Assembly: GCA_043228905.1 (NCBI GenBank)
Contig: JBHGNT010000428.1
Span: 1 to 26,348 of the forward strand
Direction of reading: 5' to 3'
Length of the DNA: 26,348 nucleotides
From: Azolla caroliniana
Taxonomy: Eukaryota; Plantae; Polypodiophyta
Below are positions 1 through 11,300 of the stretch, piece by piece. The first letter of the stretch is position 1. Every line of letters begins with the position of its first letter. The translations under genes were made by a program, and so were the position numbers. The notes beneath the pieces were generated by a model. That model made no database searches. It was not told where the DNA came from and saw nothing but the letters and a program-made list of their open reading frames with translations.

Positions 1-76
1 ATTTTTGTTGTAACCCAATTGTCTCATGGGCCAAATTTGGCCTTAGAAGACGTTAATATATCTTTCTTTCTTTCTT
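1..76 (+). mobile_element. Left copy of a long-range inverted repeat (putative Mutator-like TIR, cut by the window edge)
   Basis: 1-76 equals the reverse complement of 22817-22892 with 4 mismatches (positions 14, 35, 41, 60). Both copies continue into a CT-rich tract followed by TG(G/C)A(C/T)TAGATT. Contains a TGGGCC motif. The TIR identity is inferred. Confidence 0.7.
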
Positions 77-78
77 CT

Positions 79-82
<4 letters not shown>

Positions 83-115
<33 letters not shown>
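83..115. repeat. (CT)n microsatellite
   Basis: Uninterrupted TC run directly after the left inverted repeat. Confidence 0.95.
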
Positions 116-117
<2 letters not shown>

Positions 118-348
118 CTCTGGACTAGATTTCCCTCTCTCCCCCCTTCTGGATGACTAGCAATTTGTCTGTTTTTTTTGTTGTCTATTTTGGTATCATG
201 TGGGTCAATGCAGGCACATTTTTTTGTAATGGAACCATTAATCCTTGTAATGGAAGATATATATGGCCATTGTCTCACCAATTCACCTGCATTAGCTATG
301 TTCTAAAAGCTTCATTAACAGCAGAACTCTCCTTAATACATACATTAT

Positions 349-449
349 ATACATAGGAATGGTCCAGATCTTGAGGAATATAACATTCACATTCCCCTCA
401 TTAAATTTCTTCAACCATGTCAATACATACATACATAGGAATGGTCCAG
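349..449. repeat. 19-bp direct repeat ATACATAGGAATGGTCCAG
   Basis: Copies at 349-367 and 431-449. Confidence 0.85.
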
Positions 450-3400
450 TTCTATTGACAGTAGTAACACGAGTGTAGAAGCAATAATCCCCAAAAAATC
501 AACCATCCCCACCAATTATTTGCAGCAATGAAGAAGGGCTTTCATTGATTTCCATCAACATTTGCATAAGCTAAAGGACTATAATTAGTTTGGGGAAGGG
601 GCAATATTTGTACACTAAATGAATAACTTTGATCAATCCAAGAGCACCTTTTACACTGAGCGAATCAGATATGATTTAAAATTTAAGCTCTAACATTATT
701 GTGAGGATGCTTCATCACCACCACCATTCACTCAATTAGGCTTCATACATCCAGAATCAAAGAAAGTAATGCTGAGGTGATATTTCTTATTGGCTACGTG
801 GGCATAGAACCCACATGGCATGGTTCGAGATAGGTTTCAAAAGACACACCGGAGATGCAATGGAACTAAGTATGTTCTGACAAAGTTGTTTAATGAATTG
901 ATCCAATGTCTTCTTGTGATGGTATAATAAAACAAATGATCAATCTAGAAGGGAGAATGGAGTATGATCCTCCATGATTAATGGACATCATAGTAGTAGT
1001 CTTAACTCATTCTAGCATCTATGTGTCTTCATGATCGATTACGAGGTCAAGTGTTGTTTTGTAGTACTAGCAAGAGAAAAGCACCTAGGTTGTAGGCAAA
1101 GAATGTGCGATCGAAGAAGGACGAATCATGACTGATGAGGCTGATGAAGTCAAGGAGAAGGGTTACCATTGACTTATGAAAGTAGGATATAGGGAGGGCG
1201 TAAGAGAGGATTCTAATGAAGCTAAAGGTGAGGATCTCTTGACGGAAAAACTTGCTAGTTGTTATGATGATGACCAAATGCGATAGTTGCCGAATGGCAT
1301 AGTGGAGTTGTCGAAAACCATACCATAGCCTAATTGTTACTTTGAGGAGCACGAACCAAAGTAGCCCCAATGTGTTGGATGAATATGAAGTGACGATCCC
1401 AACGATCCATATGAACGGTTCTGCGCCTACATATAACATTGTTATGAGTATTGCGATTATAAAGCATGTCGTTGCTGGACTTTGTGGTGTCGGATGATAC
1501 CCATAAGTATGATCTCCTAGTGCCACAATGGCACACATGATCTACCAAAGTCGGAATCCTCTTCTTCTTCTTCGATTACAATCAGCAAATATTCAAGAGT
1601 TTGTGTTGAATCTGTAGATCATCGGGAGCCAAGTCCAACAAACTCTCTCGCTCAACATACCCGGACTCGAATTAACATCGATTTACCCTCCGAAGTCTGA
1701 ATACCTCTCTATCTTGGCCATCAAATCACCTCCCTATTCATTATAATTGATGGCAGGGATTGATTTTGTGTCTATAAACCTCTATGTCTCTATATTATAT
1801 TTGTGGATGTAATTTCTCTCTTTATGTTACTTACACATACATCCTTTCTCAATTAAGCCTGGGCTTGAACTTTGAAGAGCACCCCTCTTGGCTTTGCACC
1901 CTTTTCATAACTAAAGAGGGAGGGTGGGTTAGTTAGTTAGTAACAAAAGAAGGCAGACTTACTTCTTAGTGGAGTGAAGACTTCATTTCATTTGATAAAA
2001 CTCAGAGAAAACAGACAATAATGGCAGTTGCCAACTTGCCACATGTCTAAACCCAACAATCTTTTACCATTTCTCCAATATAGTTGTTATGGATATACAT
2101 GGGTTAAAAACTTAAATCTAAAAGAACCAACTTTACAGAGTGGCTTGTTTGTCCCCCCACCTTTTGAACAACTCAATGCAGCTTCTGATCAATTAAAAAA
2201 GATTAAGGCACTTTATGCAAACCTTTTCTTCTTCTTCTTTTGAAAGAAACCCACCCACCCTAACACTTTGGAGCATCTAGAATTAGTGGCTCCAAATCTA
2301 TGGTCACATATTAAAGAAGACATCTCTGGAGCCAAGTGAATGAGGAACCTCATCATAATTGGGATGTACCTCTTCCCACAAGAGGAAGGAGGAGGGTGTA
2401 TTCCTGCCCTCGGGTTCTAATGTTAACAAACTTGAAAAATCATAATTTGGTGAACCCGACATGACTTGGGGGACACATCCATATTTCAAACATAAAAATC
2501 AAAATAGAACAATGATCTCATGCCATACCCCGGAAACACTCACGATGATAAAATGTAAGATGGAAATATCAAATTTTGTTGCATCGTCTTATAATATCTT
2601 ACCTCACAACAACAATACCATAAGATCGAAATATGTCAAAAGTTGTATGAAACTTTTGTGACACGATTTGAGATTCATCCAAAAACTGTCACCTCATTGT
2701 TATACACTACAATAACCTATGTAACATGCTATTACCCTCTTGTGAGTCGTAACTAAGGGTCCAATCTCTTATGGTGCTGAGAGATTAGGAGGAGAGGATC
2801 GGGCACATGGACTTAAAAGTGCAATGTAGCTCTAGATAAGACGTTTCCAATTAAATAGAGAAAAGAAATTTTGAATCTTGTAAAAATAACTTTCAATGTA
2901 TAAATTACAAAGATCTAAAAGCTAACCTTGTCTCTAGAAACTATGGTGCACATGCACCTACAAAGAACTCGAGATTTGTGAGCCGAACGACATAATGAAC
3001 ATGCATAGACTTTAATGGAAGACTTTTTGACAGATGAAAGATAGTGTGGTAAATTGATGTTTGGAAAATTGGTAGCAATAGAAAACATGACAAATCAACT
3101 CATTAGCAATGTGTTAAACACTCGAGATGATAATGAAAATGAAATAAAATGCCATTATCGAGATCAAATAAAATATTTCAAAGTTTGCTTGAATAGTTTT
3201 TAACGGATAAAAACTTGTAGTTTGACAAACAACATGATATACTTGTGACAAAAAAACTATATTCAATTTTTAAGATAATAAAAATGCAATATGGTAACAA
3301 CATAGTGAGATTAACAAATGTTAGATTGACCATTACAAATTATTTATTGATGGAAACTATTTTAAAAACATGTCAATCTTATTAGGACTTTTTGCAGAAA

Positions 3401-3616
3401 AAAAAAATCTTATTAGGATTACAAATTTCTAACTTGGCAATCCTTTCGCATTCTAAAAATATTGTTAATTTGTCCTTTACATAGTAGAACAATTTCTCAT
3501 TCACATAGTAAAAGATAATCTCTCTCCTTTATATTATTCCTCGTGAATCAAGGCACATGAAACCTTCCCAAAATCATTGCACAATACTTGCAACCACTCT
3601 CTTGTCCAAATCTTTA

Positions 3617-3900
3617 TCATAATACTTTTGGACAAAAAATCTTCCTAGATTCAAATAAGTCATAGTCCTTTCTTAAATCTATATCAATAGTACAACAATC
3701 AAACTTCTCAAATAGCTTTGACATAAATGGACCATATGTGCATTTGGCCTGGCACACATTTCGTGTGTATTTATTCAACATCACCTTTATACATTGCATA
3801 CAAATATTGGTGTGAAATGCATTCAATATCCATAGAAGTAATTAATACATTCTCATTAAGTACCATTCTTGTGAAAGAGGTTCAATATGTATAACAAAGA
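3617..3900 (-). pseudogene. Degenerate Ulp1/peptidase C48-like fragment, probably transposon-borne
   Basis: Across frameshifts the minus strand reads ...PLSQEW/LNENV/INYFYGY ... FMSKLFEKF ... DLFESRKIFCP. This resembles Ulp1 motifs WLNDEVINFY, FYTKL and DIFxxxxIFIP in order and spacing. Stops and frameshifts are present, and I could not identify the catalytic His or Cys. Confidence 0.35.
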
Positions 3901-5396
3901 CCAAATTACCAATGAATGCCAAATGGAAAGTTTCAATGATTGATTGAAAATTACTATTTAGATTATCCTTGATTCCTTTGTTTCTAATGGATGTACTTGA
4001 GTCTATATGAGGCGTTACATTTGTGCTCAACAAAACAAAAGTGAAACCTTACTTATAATGAATCAATATTGATCGAACCTATTGTAATTACTTACATTAA
4101 AGATAGCATATTTTAAATTTCAAATGTTGAGTTAAAACTTAACATATTGCGTAAAGAGGAAACTCATGACTCATCAAGGAATAAATTGATTTGGTACATA
4201 TTGCATATGTTTCTGTATATGCAATTCATTTCCAAATCATGAGAATCATCCTTACTAGTTGCTATAGCTAGAAACATATAAACTATAAACATTATGTAAT
4301 TATACCATATCGATTATGGCATATGTTATGTTATATTTTGTGGAAGCACATTTACAAGTACAACCCTACTAGTCTATGGCCAATGAGTGTATCCCCTCTC
4401 TTCTCTCTTTCAAAATGATTTTACATGTGAGGTCACATTTTGAAGGCCTTGGACGTGTGGACAACAATCAAATCCTATCATTCATCTATAATTAATGTGC
4501 AAATAAGTTATGTAGCTAACCATGATTGGTTCTTAACAATTATTGCATTATTTGTTTAATATTCATCAACTTTGCTATTATGTGAAAACAATTGTCAAGG
4601 TGCAAGTTATAGTATACCTCAAAAGCACCTATTGAGATAGTGACTAGTAAAAAAGAGTTGTCAGTTTGGAAAGACAACATGGTTATGTGAAATTCTTATG
4701 AGTCCTAAGTGTTCCAAATTTTAATAGTTCATTTCTACTAGCTAATGTCAAGGAACGTTTGAGAACATCAAGCTCATACCTATGTGGATCATGAGGGGGG
4801 TGTTGTAAAACATTGTGGGTTATGGTAAGGCTTGATTGTAAATGAACCTTTCCTAAACATCCAAAAATGGACAAAAATATGAAAAAATACTTGCAAATGG
4901 CATGTTAGTGTGTCTAAAAACAGGAGATTGCAACATGGTAAAGCACAACTTGAAATATATTTGCATTTATGCTTTCCAATGTCCCTCTAACGTTTGATTC
5001 TATATTCACAAGGCTATCAGGCCGAAATTCTAATTTTCAATAATACAAACATTGCAGGCATGCATGGTGGTAAATCGTGTGTTGAATTTGACAATAAAAC
5101 TCTTCATAATTGTTCATGAGGACTATTGAACTATAGAGGATGGTTTTTACTACTTACATATTACCACATCTCCACAGTCCACAAAACAGTGAAAACAGTT
5201 ACACACCGCTGAAGATGCAATGCTAACGACTCCATTCATCGTGCCATTTGGTGTGTTGTACAACTCTGCCCCTATTTTAAGTAACAATGGGTTCCATGTT
5301 TTCCAATTGATTGAAACTCGGGTACAATTTCCCAATTGTTTTTCCTCTCATCTCCAAACTCCACTCCATGAAGAGATCCTAGCACTAGTATGGGCT

Positions 5397-8300
5397 TCAG
5401 ATTGGTGTTGCTACGGTTTGCCCTGGAGATGTTTCAAGTATTCCTTGACAAGCATTCTCTGTTGCCTCAATATCTGAAGGCATTGGATATGGGTCCTCTA
5501 TCACTTGCACGGGCTCAATTGCGGTGAAGCTGAATAACCGAAGCCCTAGTGCCAAGCACTTGAAACACTCTGTAAAGCTCGGTTCGCCTTTCTGTATCTT
5601 TTCCAAGGATTCTTGAGATAATACGTCTCTGAGTGTCACCAGTATACTCGCATGGAACTGTAAATGTCAACAATCATGAGGTTTCAAAAATGTTATGTGT
5701 CCCTTCTTTTTTTCTTTTTTTCGAGAATGAATTGATGTACTGGAATTAAAAATGCCGTATGTAGTCCGTTGGCGAGTCATCTAATGTTTAATGCAATGAT
5801 GTTAGAGCCATGAGATCCTGGGTACAATACTGCAAAAAGCATGTGTAAGGGACACTTAACATGCTGGTGTGAGCCATGTAGATGGACACACCCCCAAAGA
5901 GCCAAGTGACTTGTGTATCGAACTCAATGCTCCTGGGAGAAATGCCCTACATCGTACTCAAGAGGCGCCTAACATGTTGGTGTGAGAATGTTAATGGAAA
6001 AATAATTATAAAAGGTAATTTTTTGTATGACCATGTAGATAGACCATTTTCCCAAATTAATCCCCCACACAACAGAAACAAATATAAAAGAATGACTATA
6101 TTGTAACATTTTAACTAATTGATAAATTAACTAATATTCAACTTTAAGAGTAAAGATTAAACCTCTCCCAGTAACTCTTCTCCATATTCTGCTGATTTGT
6201 CTGTTGCCACAAGAAGCCCATTTCCTTTGGCTTTGTACAGGATTGTCTTGATATTTTTACTCTGTGAATATTTACAGAATAGTATTAGTTTTTGCATTAA
6301 TATTTTAGTTACTTCTTATATACATTGTTTATAAGATTTTCCAAAATACAACCTAATACATGGAGCTGATCAACACTGACCACTCTTTGATGTAAGAAAT
6401 AAATGTACTTTTAACATTAATGTTCCATGATAAGCCTAAAAGCACTACCACATATTGACTCTGTTGCAATTTGATCTCATATTGATGTAATAAAATGATC
6501 TACTATTTTATCACTCAATATGTATTTTAGAAATCTAACCCTAACACTGTAAAATGGAATACTACCTTCTCAAATGTTGGTGGGAAGCGCAATTCCTCGA
6601 TTTCCAATATTCTTACCACGCAAGAATCTTTACCAGCTATGGGGTTCCATTTGCTACTCGCAATCGCACATGTGGGAATTGCCAATGCAATGTCATCACA
6701 TGTATAATGTTCCACCATTGCCTCCTTCACAACTAACCCAAAATTCTGAGTGTGAGATTCTTTTAGAGTCATTAATTCTCTATCGCAATAAAAAAAAATG
6801 TCATATACACAAACATCTTCAGGGTTAATATAAAATACCCCTCATGTAATAGGCAATATCAACATTTAGGGGTAATACGAAAAAGGAACTGTACATACTG
6901 CATATAAAAAAGCAGGACTCTAGATATTAATATTTCAAATGAAAAAAAGGAATGACAAATTACACTTCAAAATGTCGCTATAAATACCAATCCCCTCTTG
7001 CATTCAACTTTTCTCACCTTAATTGGTGTTTGGAAAAATTGGGCATCATCATCTTCAGGCATCAAATGCAAGCCACATTTTGATAGTCTCTGTTACCATG
7101 CAACACAACAATATGATCGATCCATATGTGATTTCATTCTCAACTTTCATGAAGTTTCACCAATGAGACTATATATATATACTATTTTCTTAATGTATAA
7201 TGTCATACCTGGAGAAGGAGTATTGGTTCTAATTCTTCTCCTATAATATGTTTGCACTCTGGAAATGGCGTTTCTAGAAGTTTGCACAAACCACTCCCAA
7301 CTTCAATTCTGATAATGTTTCCATGGGTGTCCAATGTGAGAATAGCTTTATTTTCTGTTACAGGATTCAAAATCCATGATTGATATGGATAGTATTTCAC
7401 TCTGCTCTGCTCCAAAGAAAATCCATATAAATCGCATTTAGTTTATCATAGGAACATATATATTGGGTTCAATCTTTCTGGAAAATGATAGTTTTTTTTG
7501 CCAAAAAACGATATTACATTAGTATTAAGAAACGCCCTATGGCTATACATAAAAGATATACCGTTCAGTAATGAGCCCCTTTCTAAATTCTAATTGTTGG
7601 CTTAGATAAATACTTCGTGTAGAGTTGAACCACTCCACCTTATCAGAAATCTGTCTATAAAATATTCCTTTGTCCCAAATGGCATGAAACATCAATCGTT
7701 TGAGCTCTGCCTATTGCGTATTACCTTTTATGTTATCCAAAGAACCTCTGAGATTATGCACAATCTCTGTCCAAATCCCAGAAATGATTTGGGCAGGTCT
7801 TTCAGTTACCATATTGATGATATGATATGAATTCATGGTTTAGCCATAATGATAAGGGATTGGAATTGCCCTAGTCATCTCTGACGACGATGGGTTATAC
7901 TCCATGATTCATTAAATCCTTCATTAATGCACTGATAAACACTGAAACCCAAATAACTGAATATAGTCTTATCAATGTGGAAAGAATATATAACATGATT
8001 CTTCATATATTTGGGCTAAACACTGAAACCTTCTAGAAACATACTTAGCAAGACGAGTTTAGAATGGGTCCAACTCTACTAATAACTGTATTTCTTTTTT
8101 CTGGCTTCAAGGCTATTTAAATCCCAAATTATGCACTTGCATCAATCTTTCATCTGTGCTGCCAACAATTGATGTCCCCTTAAACCAATCATTCACCTTT
8201 GCATACCAAAAGTTGGTTTAACCTTCTTTCCTAATACTAACTGTACAGACAAGGCAAGAGCACGCCATCAGTGGCAGTGCCTAGGCTGCACCCATTGGCA

Positions 8301-11300
8301 AAATGTAGAAAACATAATCTGGACATGCAATAGCTATTAGGCCATGATGCATCTACTCCCACCCCATAGGTATAGATCCCAAGTGGAAGAAAAAACTATT
8401 CTATCGTCTCTGAAAAACCAAATTCAGCATCCATAAGTATTTTTAAATATCCATGGGAGACCCAAATATGATCTATAAGACGGGGCTGAGTGGAGAGAAA
8501 TGATTATGATCTGTTGAGGTCCATGGGGGGGGGTTTGAAAAGGGTAGAATAAAACCCAAACTACAACCTAATATGAAATAATACGCACGAATTTCACACT
8601 ATGGATCTTTCAGAAGTTTGGATCTGTGGTTAAGTGGATGGGCAAAGAGCATTTCTAGTATCATAATTGATGGCCGGCCGGCCACCATCTGTAATTTTAC
8701 CAATATTGAGTATTAATATGGCTGTAATAATACTTGGACTTGAATCTTTATTGGGCTGTTGTCTATTTCATGTGGAGGCTTCCAATGTGGTTTAGTATAG
8801 AAAATGGAGTCATTCTCCTGCCTTTTTTCTTTTCCTTTACATGCACATTCAATTTCGTATGTAGCCATTTAGAAGTAATTTTCCATTTCATGTCAAGGGC
8901 TTCCAATGTGGTTTAGTACAGAAATTGGAGTCATTCTCCTGCCCTTTTCTTTTTCTTTGCATGCACATCCAAACACTCACATTCAATTTCTCATGCAGCC
9001 TTGGGAAATGATTATGAAAGCATTTTCCTTAGTCTTGATATGTACTTTTTTTTTAGGGGGGGGGGGGATTATTAATTTCCATGGAAGACTGAATGTGGTC
9101 AATGGGAGGTGGCCAAGCCCATGACAAGGATAAAAAAATTCAAAATAGAGTTGATGCTAAGGTGTAAACCACTAAGCCAGCAGCAAGAGAGAAACAGCGA
9201 GGGAGAACCTGTATTACTGCATGTGGCTTTGCTTTGATTGTCTCAAACTTCAAAGTTCGAGTCAATTTATCATATTCCACATTACTGATGCCTTCCTTCT
9301 CCCAAATCTCTTCTTCCTGAATCATATAAGACATTCAGAAAATGAATATGTCCAACAGAAAATTCCAGTAGATGTAAGCTTCCTCTCATGTTAGGATCTT
9401 ATATTAACCATCTTACATATAATGCATGTGCAGGAATAGATTATGTATATCTCATATGGTTTCCAGGAATTTATAGTAACACTTTAAAATGATTTCTATA
9501 TCATTTGACAAAATGCTCAAACTAATGACTCCAAAGCCACATTGAAAACATGCATCTAAAGGAATAGATAATACATACATCATCATATTGTCAGAAAGAT
9601 TTCAAATCTTATCACAACTATGAATGTTTCGAGGAATTTTTTTAAATAATTTCAGAAAAACAAAATCTATGTCATTGACAATATGCTTAAACTATAGATT
9701 TAAACATCATGGAAATGCAAAGGCAATCAAGACTACATTATCATAAATCTCATCATTAATTACAAGGTGAAATATATTTACTAAGCATCAAGGGTCTTGG
9801 TACTTAAAAATAAAAAATACAAAATGCCTGTGCAAAGCAGATAAGAGCAATGGCATCCATTGTCCTTGACACCAATTCGTTCTTCACAGTCAAAATTACA
9901 TTAGAAACACAATTATTACCAAATAACATCGGATGGCAAACATGTCACAAAGGCTTTGCACATTATCTTATTTCTTCCTGAGGAGAGTGTGTGCATGTCT
10001 ATCTGTTGCATTACCAGAAAAAAGTATGTGTGTGCATGTTTTCAGCATCAGTGAGAGAGAGTATACTGACCTCATTCCACCAACCTATCTCTGGAATTCC
10101 CTCTGAAATTATTATTTTTTCAGGTATAACAAACTCCAGCCCAATTGGAGACACTGCTGTAGATCCAGGTCCCACACCAGAACCATCTCCAGAAAATGGG
10201 TATCCAAGGTGTACCACAGAATTTGTCATCAATGAAACTGCAGGGGAGATTATTGGCATCAGAAAATTTGGCATATTTACTAGCTGATCTTTATTTGTTT
10301 TTAAATTCAAGATCAGGATATCTTGTATCTTATATCAAGTAAACTCAGTAAAGTACAAATAATTAATAGTACAAAAGGCATACCTTTCTCAAAAGTCCAA
10401 CCCTTAGATGATCTAGATGCTGGGGGGATCGCCAATACATCCAACACAAAGATTCCACCCTGCATCAATGCATTCATGGAAAATTTTATACTTAATATCC
10501 TTTTTCCAAATGCATCATCATTTAGCTTAAAATGCATTAGTTGCAATCAATCCAGGCCAATATCTGGGATATTCCAAAACTCAAAAAATGAGCTAAATCT
10601 CACCACTGACTTGAATCTGTTGCGAGAATTCAGAAGAGGATCTAAAACTTGATGAAAGGCTCGAACTGCAACACTAGAAAAACTGAATGCCTTTGGTAGT
10701 GTTATAGTTATCATCAAATTTGAATCATTCAAGACACGCACACGAGGGTTTTTCGCATGGTTGATCCACAGGTAGACCTTCCATCCTCCTGACATGGCAC
10801 AAAATGTAGCCTCATTTGTTTTCTTCCAAATTTCATGAGACCTCTACAAGACAAAAGTTGTAGCAAAATTATGCAAGTGAAAACTTGCAGCATCTAGAAA
10901 TTCTCTTTAATATATCCTCATATTTACCATCAATTTTTTATTCTAATTATCAAAACCAGGCCACCCATGGGGAAGAGAGAGAATCATACTATCAATAATG
11001 ATGCTGTCGTTTGATCAATTTCCTTTTGCAAAAGCAGTTCCAGATTCTTCATATAACGATGATACCTGCTATAAAGACCACAAATTCATCAGAAAGGTTA
11101 AACCCTACTATTTCCCCAGACACTTTTCTTTTCTGATACTAACATGTTACTGGTGGGGAGTCCCAGAGTTGAAAACCTAGAAACATAGAGTACATAGGAA
11201 ATGTCAAATACTAATTTTTAGATTCGAGAGATTAAAGATGATTAAGTTTTACATAAAACATAGAGTACATAGGAAATGTCAAATACTAATTTTTATATAG

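Noticed and set aside
1047-1548. 163-aa and 72-aa minus-strand ORFs; the surrounding 830-1690 looks LTR-like
   Set aside because: No recognisable motifs. I could not find TG...CA ends with a matching TSD, a PBS or a second LTR, so neither a gene nor an LTR call is supportable.
1917-2261. 14-bp inverted pair AGGG(A/T)GGGTGGGTT suggesting a MITE
   Set aside because: Short, low-complexity and without a TSD
5150-5477. ORFs 5150-5335 (-) and 5220-5477 (+)
   Set aside because: They fall in or antisense to the DNAI7 last exon and 3' UTR, with no motif support
8671-8684. Perfect palindrome TGGCCGGCCGGCCA
   Set aside because: A (GGCC)n mini-repeat is trivially palindromic, and there is no other support
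9991-10652. Plus-strand ORFs of 98 and 109 aa (also 12233-12592)
   Set aside because: Antisense shadows of DNAI7 exons
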